Positions 1 through 9,079 of a DNA stretch of 64,000 bases are shown here, piece after piece (positions within the stretch are counted from its first letter, which is position 1; each line of letters begins with the position of its first letter). Source of the stretch: an uncultured virus (IMG/VR IMGVR_UViG_3300042881_000982). Its lineage: Duplodnaviria > Heunggongvirae > Uroviricota > Caudoviricetes. The stretch is taken from the IMG/VR virus record IMGVR_UViG_3300042881_000982; one strand, written 5' to 3'. Under the pieces are notes generated by a model. That model was given only the letters and a program-made list of their open reading frames with translations. It searched no databases and was not told where the DNA came from. The translations under genes and the position numbers were made by a program.

Positions 1-3000
1 TCGCCCAGTGAGCAAGACCGCCGCCAGAAATGGCATCGATAGCGCCGATGGCAGTGCCACCGTTGGTCCACCAGACAGACGGCACGGTGCCATTGCCGTC
101 GAAGGCCACGACACGATTTGTGCCGCGCCCAGCAAGGACATTGCTGAAAGTAGTTCCAGCCGCCGTTAAGGTGCCGTTGCCCGCGTTTAGCGCACCTTCA
201 ATCAACAGCCCGTTGGTCGCTACCGCCGTTGCGGCAAGCCCGCTTCCGATGGTTGTCCCACCGTTGATGTGGAGCTTTTTATTCGCAACAACTGACCCGC
301 CGCCGCCAATGGCGAACGTAGATGTAGAGCCGTTGTAGAACATGGTGTCGCCACCGCTGACATCCGCCCAAGAAATGCCAGCCCATGAAGTGCCATTACC
401 GTTCAGATATAACTGCGCGTCAGTGCTGTTCTGGATAGTCAGAGTGCCGCTAAGCGTGCCTCCCGTCAACGGAAGGTAGTTGCCGGGGGTGAAGTTGCCG
501 GAGTTCCAGATTGGGTAGTAGCTACCGCCGACCTGTAGGTACGCGTCATTGACGCTGCCGACACCGAGGATCGTTTGGCCCGAACCACCGCCACGGATGA
601 ACTTGGTGCTGTCGCCTAAGTTGATCTGATTGAAGTTAGACGTACCGGCCATATCGGCGTAGAACGCGGTGTCGTTGCTATCGTAGAAGATCGGTGCACG
701 GAACGAGCCAGTGGAAGCGGCGTAGCCATCAGCCAACGTCAGCGGGGTTAGATAGCTGTTGTTCGCGCTGTTCGGCGTGATGAAGTTGACGCCGTTACGG
801 AAAATAACCTCGCGGCCTTCACCCTGACCATTGAAGCTGCCGCTTGCGTTGCCACTTACGTCAACACCCATAGAAATGGTGGTCAAATACTCGTTTCCGA
901 GGACAACCGTCCTGTAGCTGGATGAGTACCCGAAGTTCGAGGCTTGGGCGAACTTAGCTTCAATGGAGCCATTACGCATATACAGCGTGTTGAGGACGCT
1001 GTTGCCAGCGCCGTTGATGTAATACGCGGTATTATCGCTATCGTAGAAGATTGGCGCACGCATGTCGATGTTGGCTACGACTGAGCCGCCGCTGTCGATA
1101 ACTAAGCGTTGGTTACCATTCGTATTAAACTGTATCGAACGCGAACCTTGTACATCTAGCTCTACCTTAGTGGGGCCACTGTAAAGGTATCCAGAGTAAG
1201 CCCCTGCAATCCCGAATGTTAATATCGCGTCGGTTGCCCCATTGATCGTCAAGTTCCCGCGACCAGTGGCGGCTAACAATGCTGACGTAGTTCCGATACT
1301 GGTGTTACCTGCGCTGTCGATGCGCATACGTTCTGCGTTATTGGTACCAAAGGTAAGGTTACCCGCCTGTCCGTTTAGGATATTCAGGTCTGTGGAACTG
1401 CTGTAAATTGTCTGTCGGTATGCCCCGCCAGTTTGGAACACCAACTGACCACCAGTAGACCCGTTCAACGATAGAGTGCTGTAGCCCGCAGAATTTGTGG
1501 GTGTAGCCGTACCAATACCGACGTTCGTCCCATCGTCGTAGATCACCGACGCGCTGGTAGGCGAAACGCCGTTACCCTTAAGCAGATAGCCGGAGGCCAG
1601 TGTAGAGTTACCCGTGCCCCCGCGTGAGACGGCAAGCTGGCCTGACCAGCCCGCAGTTATGGATGTTGCCGCGAGGAGCGCAGTCGATGGGCTTCCGCCC
1701 AGCGTCAGGGTGACGTTAGTGTCGTCTGCCTTGGTTAGAGCCGCGCCAGTGATATCACCGCTGGGGATCGTAGCCGACGCAGTGAAAGCCGAAGTGCCGT
1801 TACCCTTGAGGTAACCAGTCAGTGTGGTCGCACCGCTACCACCGTTGCCTACTGGCAGCGTGCCGCTGACATGCGTCGTGAGACCAATCTTACCCCACAG
1901 CGGGGCGTTGCTGACACCGCCAGAGATGAGCGCATTACCTGTAGCTACATCAGCCAGAGAGCTTAATGTCGTAGTGCCAGAGGCGTAGAGGATGTCGCCA
2001 ACGGTGTAGCTGCTGATCCCAGTACCGCCATTACCTGCACCAAGGGTGCCGCTGACCTGCGTGGTGAGGCTAATCGTACCGGACAGGTCACTGGTCGGGA
2101 TAGTCGCTGTCGTACTGAACGCAGCAGTGCCGTTACCGACAAGATAGCCCGTTAGTGTGGTTGCACCCGTACCGCCGTTACCAACAGCCAGTGTGCCGCT
2201 GATATGCGTGGTTAGACCGATTTTGCCGTAGGAAGGATCAGCGCCAGCACCGCCTGAGATAAGTGCATTACCAGTGGCTACGTCAGCTATTACACCTATT
2301 GTCGTAGCCGAGGCCGCATACAACAGGTCGCCAGTTGTGTAGCTGCTCTGCCCTGTGCCGCCTGCCGTTGCGGGTAGCGTGCCTGTGGTTAGCGTACTAG
2401 AAGACGTCGCGTAGACCGCGCCGCCAGTTGTAAAACTGGTGAGACCTGTACCACCTAACGTCGTAGCTACAGGTGAAGTGAGGCTGAATGTCGTGCCAGT
2501 CAGTGTCAGGCCGGTGCCTGCCGAGTAAATCTGAGCACTGGAGATTTGGGCAAACGTGATTGCCGTCGTACCAAAGACAATCGTACCAGTGGTATTGCAG
2601 GTGTAGGTCTCGCCTGCGCCAGTCGTACCCTGTTGGACGAAGACAGTTGAGCCTTCACTTAGACCGTCTGGGCTAGCGTTGACGTAAGTGTCTGCATCGC
2701 TGGAACGCGTCAATACCCAGTTGGTCGAGCCAGAACCTACACTTGTCACGACGTAGATGCCGTTCTGGGTCTCATCGGTCTGTTCGTAAATCAGGACGCG
2801 GTCAGCGACACTAAGCGTCACACCATCAACAACCAGCGCGGCCTGCGTACCAGCATTGGTCAGGGTAGCGCCTACTCCGGCAGTCCCATTGTTGTATGTC
2901 GCGTTCAGGTTGATCGGTGACTCGACGCGCACCGGCTCGTGGTAATGGATACCAGCGGACGTCTGAGTATCTACATACTGCTTGGTCGCCACTTGAAAGT

Positions 3001-3508
3001 TAGTAGTTGGGTCCGCAGCCACAGTAACCTGCGTCAGCGACGGAGACATCGTATATGACGGAGTTGCGCCGCCAATCAGGACGCCCGTGCCCGTTGCAAG
3101 CATCGCTGTGGTGTTAGCCGCAGTCTGGTAAGGGATAGACCCCGCTGCACCGCCAGCTAGGTTAGCCGCAGTGGTTGCGGCTAGCGCATTACCATAGTCT
3201 TCCGTGACAGCCTTTTCGGATGGGTAAGTGACGAAAACGTCCTTGGTGCCCGCAGCAAAATCTACAAGCGCACCACCATTGCTCGACGCCAATACCGTGT
3301 TACGCGCTAGGGTCGTACCGGAAGACGTGTAGGTGCCAACGCCGACTTCCCACTGGGTGTCGCTGTTAATCGTATAATACGTCGTGTTACCGTTACCGAT
3401 TACCGAAAAGTTCTGATACCCGGTTGGCGCGGTCCCGCTGAGCGTTACCGTACCCGTACCAGTTGTAGCAGTGGTATCCCTAACGCGATCAGCGAGGACA
3501 AGAGCCAT
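1..3508 (-). CDS. Giant tail fibre / receptor-binding protein, N-terminal part (runs off the window start)
   Basis: ATG at 3508 (MALVLADRVRDTTATTGTG...). Spot-checked in frame at ~680 and at the window edge (...AIDAISGGGLAHWA). Gly/Thr/Ser-rich with L(P/A)VxNGGxG repeats and RAPIFYDS repeats also present in 62432-64000. Absent from the ORF track, consistent with no stop inside the window. Confidence 0.85.
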   Translation of the reverse strand, partial: MALVLADRVRDTTATTGTGTVTLSGTAPTGYQNFSVIGNGNTTYYTINSDTQWEVGVGTYTSSGTTLARNTVLASSNGGALVDFAAGTKDVFVTYPSEKAVTEDYGNALAATTAANLAGGAAGSIPYQTAANTTAMLATGTGVLIGGATPSYTMSPSLTQVTVAADPTTNFQVATKQYVDTQTSAGIHYHEPVRVESPINLNATYNNGTAGVGATLTNAGTQAALVVDGVTLSVADRVLIYEQTDETQNGIYVVTSVGSGSTNWVLTRSSDADTYVNASPDGLSEGSTVFVQQGTTGAGETYTCNTTGTIVFGTTAITFAQISSAQIYSAGTGLTLTGTTFSLTSPVATTLGGTGLTSFTTGGAVYATSSSTLTTGTLPATAGGTGQSSYTTGDLLYAASATTIGVIADVATGNALISGGAGADPSYGKIGLTTHISGTLAVGNGGTGATTLTGYLVGNGTAAFSTTATIPTSDLSGTISLTTQVSGTLGAGNGGTGISSYTVGDILYASGTTTLSSLADVATGNALISGGVSNAPLWGKIGLTTHVSGTLPVGNGGSGATTLTGYLKGNGTSAFTASATIPSGDITGAALTKADDTNVTLTLGGSPSTALLAATSITAGWSGQLAVSRGGTGNSTLASGYLLKGNGVSPTSASVIYDDGTNVGIGTATPTNSAGYSTLSLNGSTGGQLVFQTGGAYRQTIYSSSTDLNILNGQAGNLTFGTNNAERMRIDSAGNTSIGTTSALLAATGRGNLTINGATDAILTFGIAGAYSGYLYSGPTKVELDVQGSRSIQFNTNGNQRLVIDSGGSVVANIDMRAPIFYDSDNTAYYINGAGNSVLNTLYMRNGSIEAKFAQASNFGYSSSYRTVVLGNEYLTTISMGVDVSGNASGSFNGQGEGREVIFRNGVNFITPNSANNSYLTPLTLADGYAASTGSFRAPIFYDSNDTAFYADMAGTSNFNQINLGDSTKFIRGGGSGQTILGVGSVNDAYLQVGGSYYPIWNSGNFTPGNYLPLTGGTLSGTLTIQNSTDAQLYLNGNGTSWAGISWADVSGGDTMFYNGSTSTFAIGGGGSVVANKKLHINGGTTIGSGLAATAVATNGLLIEGALNAGNGTLTAAGTTFSNVLAGRGTNRVVAFDGNGTVPSVWWTNGGTAIGAIDAISGGGLAHWA

Positions 3509-3517
3509 TAGTTTTCC

Positions 3518-3997
3518 TTATGCGATACGGATAATGGCCGTTGTGTTTGTGGCCGTCGGGAAGATAATCGTAAAATCACCATCCGTCGAGGTCTTATCCG
3601 AACCAAAATCCAGCACAGCCACAGCAGCGTTCGTAAGCGTGGTATTCGCGTTCGAGTTAGCTGAAGGTGTGCTGTTATAGATTAGCGCACCACGAGCCGT
3701 GATCGTCGCGTTGGGAAAGGTCAGGTCCGAGAAGTCGGTGAAGCCCGTGCCAGACGAGGACGTATTGTTCGACGTCACAACACCAAGGTTCACCAGCGTA
3801 CCACCGCCAGCGGTGTAGTTCGTGCCCGAAGAAGAAACTTCTTGGCTGGATGTATACGCCGTAGTGTTGGCATCCAGTGAAGCGGACGAGGTATATAGCG
3901 ACAGCTTGAAAGTGTCGCCGCCGGTAGCCCGGAAATCGTGCACGGCCAGCATAAGCTCGGCCTTAAACGACGTGGTCATTGCTTGGGTAATTGCCAT
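3518..3997 (-). CDS. Conserved virion structural protein
   Basis: 159 aa, MAITQAMTTSFKAELM...AVLDFGSDKTST; AAGGAGG RBS; directly upstream of the tail fibre. Confidence 0.7.
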   Translation of the reverse strand: MAITQAMTTSFKAELMLAVHDFRATGGDTFKLSLYTSSASLDANTTAYTSSQEVSSSGTNYTAGGGTLVNLGVVTSNNTSSSGTGFTDFSDLTFPNATITARGALIYNSTPSANSNANTTLTNAAVAVLDFGSDKTSTDGDFTIIFPTATNTTAIIRIA

Positions 3998-4009
3998 CTT
4001 ACGGCCTCC

Positions 4010-4291
4010 TTATGCGTCGAGGATCGGGATCAACTCTGGGTGACCCGCCTGTTTAAATTTGTTTACCAGAGTTACGTTATGGGACCGCACAGCCTCGTGC
4101 ATATAGTGGACGAGCACTGCGCGGATGCTATCCTTGAAAGCTTCGGCCTGATCGCGAATAGCAGGGTGTGCCTGACTGCCCACGTAAATGATTTTGTCGA
4201 GAGCGCGCTCAGCAGTTTCCTCAGGCGTGAAACCACGTCCCTCGGTCGCCATAACCATCACATTCCCGATATCGCTAGAACCACTAAACAT
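4010..4291 (-). CDS. Hypothetical phage protein
   Basis: 93 aa ORF tightly packed in the late operon, GAGG RBS. Confidence 0.7.
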   Translation of the reverse strand: MFSGSSDIGNVMVMATEGRGFTPEETAERALDKIIYVGSQAHPAIRDQAEAFKDSIRAVLVHYMHEAVRSHNVTLVNKFKQAGHPELIPILDA

Positions 4292-4292
4292 A

Positions 4293-4973
4293 TTACCTCA
4301 CCGGATACCGAACTTGACCAGAACGATACATATCCTGACGGTTTTTGCCTTCGCCAAGTTGTTTAAGCATCGCCATCGCTTCGTCATACCGCTTCTGGTA
4401 GCCCGCGATGATATCTGCCTCGCCCTTCATGAAAGTGTACGCTTCAAGCAGCGAGCCGTAAAGCAGGACGCTATCGAAGTTATCGCCCAACCACGACGTA
4501 CCTGCCGTCACAATCGAAGGCGGGTAGTAGAAGTAGTGCAGTTCGACGGAGTAATTGCTATCTGGCGTTGGGCCAAGGATATACGAGTTCTCGTCGAAAT
4601 AGGCGTAGCAGTATGGGAGACCCTGATCGTTGGGGTTGGGATACGCCTGCCGGATGAAGTTCACATCCTTGTTCAGCAGATACTCGTAGTTCCCATCCCC
4701 GTCGATCACCGCGATTGAGAAGTTGGCCAGCCAATCTGAAGGCACGGACAGGTATTTATTCCCCGACGTGCAGTTGCCTGTTACGTTCTTGCGGAGGTCC
4801 AGCAACTGGACGGTGTTGAAAATACGCTGCTCAGCCTCTTGGATGAACGTGTTAATCTGTTCGGTAGACGTCAACGTCACCGTGCTGGAACCGTCAGAGC
4901 CGGTCCATGAGGTGTTGGGGAAGTCGTTTTCGACGTACCCTTTGATTGTCTCGAACAGAGTAGCGTAGTTCAT
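4293..4973 (-). CDS. Head-tail adaptor / tail tubular-like protein
   Basis: 226 aa with GLPYCYAY...ILGPTPD..Y.VELHY and LLYGSLLEAYTFMK patterns typical of podovirus adaptors. Confidence 0.6.
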   Translation of the reverse strand: MNYATLFETIKGYVENDFPNTSWTGSDGSSTVTLTSTEQINTFIQEAEQRIFNTVQLLDLRKNVTGNCTSGNKYLSVPSDWLANFSIAVIDGDGNYEYLLNKDVNFIRQAYPNPNDQGLPYCYAYFDENSYILGPTPDSNYSVELHYFYYPPSIVTAGTSWLGDNFDSVLLYGSLLEAYTFMKGEADIIAGYQKRYDEAMAMLKQLGEGKNRQDMYRSGQVRYPVR

Positions 4974-5116
4974 TAGCCCATCTTCTTGCTGTGCCCAGTA
5001 CCCTTAGTCGCTGCACCCGTACCACGGGTCTTCTGCGTTTGGGTATTGGCAATCTTGTTGGGATAGCCGTTGTTGCCGAGGTCGGCCTGCGTGTAGGTCT
5101 TTGGCATCTTATCCAT
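4973..5116 (-). CDS. Small basic protein (RGTGAATKG motif)
   Basis: Likely start ATG 5116 (MDKMPKTY...), overlapping the upstream stop; Lys-rich C-terminus. Confidence 0.55.
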   Translation of the reverse strand: MDKMPKTYTQADLGNNGYPNKIANTQTQKTRGTGAATKGTGHSKKMG

Positions 5117-5234
5117 TTTTATTGACCTTTCCCATGTCCTTCTTCGGCTTGCTGCCGCTTTTCTGGTTCGCAATCTTCGCGAGATTACGGCCCATGCTCA
5201 ACATCTGCTTGTTAGTCTTGCCACCTTTAGCCAT
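5109..5234 (-). CDS. Small basic protein (41 aa, MAKGG N-terminus)
   Basis: Read by hand: MAKGGKTNKQMLSMGRNLAKIANQKSGSKPKKDMGKVNKNG*; GGAG RBS; below the ORF-track cutoff. Confidence 0.6.
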   Translation of the reverse strand: MAKGGKTNKQMLSMGRNLAKIANQKSGSKPKKDMGKVNKNG

Positions 5235-5235
5235 T

Positions 5236-5676
5236 TTAATTCTCCGTCTGAACAGTTACGGTCCCTACTTGACCACTACCTAATAGCGTATTTGGAAGCC
5301 CAGATAAACCCAAAGGATTATTTAGGCCAACAGGATTCCAACCCCACTGGATTATACGGCTACCGCCCGACGGCGTACCGGAGTCTAGCACGTTGTCATT
5401 GGGTACTTCACCTTGGGTCTCGATCCGCAGACCAGTCAGACCGCCTTGGAAATATGTCGTGTCCGGACGCGGGTTACGCAGCGCCTGAGGATCATCAACC
5501 GGGTACATACCAAGTTGAAGCTGTGGCTGATCTGGTTCCCAGCATGACGGGCACACGAGTATATTGACGTTCTTCGTCTTGATGACGAGACGCCGAAGCT
5601 GCTTGAGCTTATAGCGGAACCCGCAGCGGTCACACTGCGAAATTGCCCATTTACCGGAGGCAAACCTATTTGGCAT
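5236..5676 (-). CDS. Conserved phage protein with CxxC...CxxC zinc-binding motif
   Basis: CDRCG...CPSCWEPDQPQL..DPQALRNPRPD; AAGGAG RBS. Confidence 0.7.
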   Translation of the reverse strand: MPNRFASGKWAISQCDRCGFRYKLKQLRRLVIKTKNVNILVCPSCWEPDQPQLQLGMYPVDDPQALRNPRPDTTYFQGGLTGLRIETQGEVPNDNVLDSGTPSGGSRIIQWGWNPVGLNNPLGLSGLPNTLLGSGQVGTVTVQTEN

Positions 5677-5685
5677 TGCTTCTCC

Positions 5686-6396
5686 TTAATAGAACATCTG
5701 ACGCGGTGCGATGCGCAACGACGCCTTCTCGCGATCCTCGTCAGCAGCCTGCTGCCACAATTCCTCGTATTCCATCTTGAGCATCTGGCTGCGCTCAAGC
5801 GCGCCGGGGATTTTCTTCGATAGGTGGAAAGCCAACCCAGCCACCATGCACGGCAGGAAGCGGAACGGGATGTCCTGCGTCGTGATACCGTTACCAGCAT
5901 CCTGAATACGGCGAAGCCGCCAGTAGACGAAGGTGTAGTAGTTTGACTGTTCTGGGGCAGGCCAGACATTGATGTTCGGATAAGCCACACCAGTACCCGG
6001 TTCGGTCGCGCCTGACTGGCGGTTGATCCACACCTGAATAGGGCGACCCTGCGCGTTCTTATTTGGGATCGTCGAGTATGTGTCGATGCTGATCCGTGAG
6101 ATGTTGATATCCGTCTGGCCTTGGCCAGTCTGCGTACGGATCACGTGGTCGAGGAGGTCAATGGTATCCGCAGGTAGGTCATAGACGATCTGGCCCTGCA
6201 CCATAGGGATCGAACCTTGCTCGATGGTCCACAAGTTAATGCCACGGTTTGCCCACTCAATGGTGAGTAAGTTCAGGCTACGCCGCGCCGTACGCAGGTC
6301 ATAGCCCGTCCGAAGCTCGGCACCACAGCGCTCGAACGCTTCCTCAACGAGTTCGTTAAGGTTCAGGTTAAATGCTGTGTTGCCGGATGTGGTCAT
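5686..6396 (-). CDS. Head-tail connector / adaptor protein
   Basis: 236 aa, EEAFERCG..LRTGYDLRTARRSLNLL..EWANRG.NLW; position in the late operon. Confidence 0.6.
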   Translation of the reverse strand: MTTSGNTAFNLNLNELVEEAFERCGAELRTGYDLRTARRSLNLLTIEWANRGINLWTIEQGSIPMVQGQIVYDLPADTIDLLDHVIRTQTGQGQTDINISRISIDTYSTIPNKNAQGRPIQVWINRQSGATEPGTGVAYPNINVWPAPEQSNYYTFVYWRLRRIQDAGNGITTQDIPFRFLPCMVAGLAFHLSKKIPGALERSQMLKMEYEELWQQAADEDREKASLRIAPRQMFY

Positions 6397-6788
6397 CTAA
6401 ATCTCGCTGTCTTCTTGGCAACGGTTTTGGGCTGCTTGACGAACTGTTTGCCTGCCTTCGTACCTTCGCGCTTCGCCTTGGTTGTAGCAGCATATTCAGA
6501 AGATGTCAGCGCCTGTCGTGCCTTCTTCGGAAGGTAGCGTTCGCCAGTTGCTTTCGGCCCTTGAGTAGACGGCTTGCCTGACTTGGTTCCCCAGTCTTCC
6601 TTACCCCATTTGGATAAGGATTTCTGCGCTTCTGTCTTCGGGCCGCTATAGCTGCCGCCGGACTTCTTATACCGTTGGGTCGCAAGCTGGGCTTTACGGG
6701 CGGACCATTGACCCGCGTTTCCACCCTTCGTGCCAGCCTTTACGCTGGCAACGATGCGCTTCCACTTAGGTTCGTCCGACCGTGCCAT
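6393..6788 (-). CDS. Lys-rich basic protein (DUF5872-like)
   Basis: GQWSARKAQL, QKSLSKWGKEDW, GERYLPKKAR motifs. Confidence 0.6.
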   Translation of the reverse strand: MARSDEPKWKRIVASVKAGTKGGNAGQWSARKAQLATQRYKKSGGSYSGPKTEAQKSLSKWGKEDWGTKSGKPSTQGPKATGERYLPKKARQALTSSEYAATTKAKREGTKAGKQFVKQPKTVAKKTARFR

Positions 6789-7078
6789 TACTTCTTCTTA
6801 AAGCCTTTCAGCATCTGTGCGAACCGTGCACGCTGACCTAACTTGCCGGGGGCCTTGGCAGCTTTAGCAAGTTTTCCTGCTGGGATTTTCTTACCCTCAG
6901 GAGTGCCAAGCTGCGCACGGAGTGCGCCGGGCTTTTTGATCGCTTTGGAGATGTCGAGCTTTGCTTGACCTCCCTTTGCGTACATCGAGACATCATCAGG
7001 GTTGTCCTTCCGTTTGATCGTCTTCTTACCCGGCATCTTGGAGGGATTTATCGCCCCCATGCCCCGACAAGCGCGCAT
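6788..7078 (-). CDS. Lys-rich basic protein
   Basis: 96 aa; YAKGG then AIKKPGALRAQLG...KLGQRARFAQML. Confidence 0.65.
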   Translation of the reverse strand: MRACRGMGAINPSKMPGKKTIKRKDNPDDVSMYAKGGQAKLDISKAIKKPGALRAQLGTPEGKKIPAGKLAKAAKAPGKLGQRARFAQMLKGFKKK

Positions 7079-7410
7079 TAGACCATCTTACCCTTGGTCT
7101 TGCCCTTAACGGCACAGCCGTCAATCGAGCCGCCCTTAGCGTAGCACTTGCCGCCGCCAGCCTTCTTGACCATGGCACGGCCCTTGGTGTCAGCAGACTT
7201 CTTGACGAGAGCCTTACCAAACTTAGTTGCTGCGAATGGCATAGCCTTACCACCTTTCGCCATACCCGGAGAACGGTTTCCACGCCCGATAGCCGCAGCA
7301 TTTTCTGGCGTAACCTTGAGGTCCTTTACGGACTTACGAAACTTAGCATCTGACGCACGATCAGCAGCAGATGGCTGTGGGGGCGTTGACTTTTTCTTCT
7401 TATCCATCAT
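7078..7410 (-). CDS. Lys-rich basic protein
   Basis: 110 aa; MAKGG and YAKGG motifs, C-terminal DGCAVKGKTKGKMV. Confidence 0.65.
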   Translation of the reverse strand: MMDKKKKSTPPQPSAADRASDAKFRKSVKDLKVTPENAAAIGRGNRSPGMAKGGKAMPFAATKFGKALVKKSADTKGRAMVKKAGGGKCYAKGGSIDGCAVKGKTKGKMV

Positions 7411-7655
7411 GACTTTGTCCTTCCTATCTCTTCAACTTTAGCTTCAAGGCGCTCGAAGGCCCGGTCAAACCGGTCTCCTAACTTATCAACCAACGTGGTC
7501 ATCTCCGAACGAGTTACATGTTCGCGGGCGACTTCTTCACGGGTCTTGTTGAGCAGGATGCCAAGACGGTCCAACTCGTCGATCTTGCCCTTAAACAAGA
7601 AGCCCATGACAGCCACCGCTGCGCTCAATGCGATGTTCCAAAGCATCATCTCCAT
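7407..7655 (-). CDS. Small membrane-anchored coiled-coil protein
   Basis: Likely start ATG 7655 (MEMMLWNIALSAAVAVMGFLF); one N-terminal hydrophobic helix followed by charged heptads. Confidence 0.6.
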   Translation of the reverse strand: MEMMLWNIALSAAVAVMGFLFKGKIDELDRLGILLNKTREEVAREHVTRSEMTTLVDKLGDRFDRAFERLEAKVEEIGRTKS

Positions 7656-7656
7656 G

Positions 7657-7911
7657 TCAGCACTTCCAAGCACGGAGGGATTTGTTGATACGGCTGTTAG
7701 GGTCATTTGCAGTCTTCTTGGATGTAAGCTTCTTCTTCATCCCAGACATCCGGGCGCAAAATGACTTCTTACGTGAGCCGCCTTCAGGCTGCGGAGCCTT
7801 AAGCCCCGGCTTCCCCGGATTGGCTTTGTTATAGGACGCACGACCCTTGGCGTTCAAGCCGCCCTTAGGGTTCTTACCTTCCTTACGTGTCCAAGCCGGG
7901 GTCTTAGCCAT
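7657..7911 (-). CDS. Lys-rich basic protein (DUF6321-like)
   Basis: EGKNPKGGLNAKGRAS...RKKSFCARMSG...SRINKSLRAWKC. Confidence 0.65.
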   Translation of the reverse strand: MAKTPAWTRKEGKNPKGGLNAKGRASYNKANPGKPGLKAPQPEGGSRKKSFCARMSGMKKKLTSKKTANDPNSRINKSLRAWKC

Positions 7912-8339
7912 CAGACAAAACGTCCTTTCGTCTTGCCCTTGGTAGCGCAGCCATCGGCGCGCTTGGAGGCAGAGCCACCCTTAGCCAGCTTGGTCAGTGG
8001 TTGACCCTTATGCTTGGCGCGCTCGTGCTTATGCACGGCTTGAGCGGCGCTAACCTTACCGCCCTTTTTCATCATCGGTGCACCGGCAGGAGCTTCTTCA
8101 GCCATCATAATGTCTTCTACCATCGGACGTCCCCGCATACCTGTGCCTTTCTTCTGCATTTCTATTTCCATAGCTGCGCGCTTCGCGGCATTCTTTTTCT
8201 GTGCCGATCCAGCCAAACGGGGCATTATACCCGCCATAGGACCAAGTGCCTTATTCATCGCACCCAGTCCTTTACCGAACATACCTTTACCGCTTATCGC
8301 GCCTGCGAGCGGCGAAATGTCACCTAGCTTGATACCCAT
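7911..8339 (-). CDS. Basic Met/Lys-rich protein
   Basis: Start ATG 8339 overlapping the upstream TAA; MKKGG, LAKGG and C-terminal ADGCATKGKTKGRFV. Confidence 0.65.
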   Translation of the reverse strand: MGIKLGDISPLAGAISGKGMFGKGLGAMNKALGPMAGIMPRLAGSAQKKNAAKRAAMEIEMQKKGTGMRGRPMVEDIMMAEEAPAGAPMMKKGGKVSAAQAVHKHERAKHKGQPLTKLAKGGSASKRADGCATKGKTKGRFV

Positions 8340-9076
8340 TATGCTGCTTCCTTCTGTGTGGGGGCGAGCATCGGATAGAGAACGTCGGTGCCGAAGCAGC
8401 CTTCGTATTCTTGTACGCCCATGTGTCCAAGTTGAATGCTGGGGTCGATCCAAACTTCGAAACCGATCTCGCGGGCACGGTCGCAGAACAGGAAGTCCTC
8501 GCCCATGTAGCCCTCTTCGGTGAGTTTGAAATCAAAGAGGCAGGGGATCATGCGGTCTGAGCGCTGATCCTTATAAACCCACTCAGGGTTAGCAGCAGTC
8601 ATCTGCTCAAATACTTCGCGGCGAATCAGCATGAAAGCGGTCGCAACGCGTTTACCACGGACCAGACCCATACCGTTCATGGTAAGCTCATGGTTCTCGT
8701 CATAGTCAAGGTCAGCGATATAGACCTTATTTTCGCTACGTGTGCGCGGAACACCTGCGACGATGCCCTTCTTCGGATCGCTACCCCAAGCCATAAGACG
8801 GAAGATGTGCTCCGGCTCAAAGTTGATGTCGCTGTCGATGAAGAGCAGATAGTCGCAGGTGGATTCCAGCATGTCTTTAACAAGCAGGTTACGAGCGCGG
8901 GAGACGACAGAACATCCGCAGATGCTGCCAATCTGTACCGCAATACCGTGCTGGCCAGCCACCTGTGTGAACCGAGCCAGCGAAACCGCCAGCTTCAAGG
9001 AGACCTTGAAGTCGTAGGCAGGCAGAGCAATGAAGATACTCTTACCGGCTAAATCGTAACCTTTTTGTGCTTGCAT
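8339..9076 (-). CDS. GT-A fold glycosyltransferase-like protein
   Basis: IALPAY, SRARNLLV, LLFIDSDI (DxD), ATAFMLI.REVF, GEDFLFC, LGHMG motifs. Confidence 0.7.
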   Translation of the reverse strand: MQAQKGYDLAGKSIFIALPAYDFKVSLKLAVSLARFTQVAGQHGIAVQIGSICGCSVVSRARNLLVKDMLESTCDYLLFIDSDINFEPEHIFRLMAWGSDPKKGIVAGVPRTRSENKVYIADLDYDENHELTMNGMGLVRGKRVATAFMLIRREVFEQMTAANPEWVYKDQRSDRMIPCLFDFKLTEEGYMGEDFLFCDRAREIGFEVWIDPSIQLGHMGVQEYEGCFGTDVLYPMLAPTQKEAA

Positions 9077-9079
9077 ATA

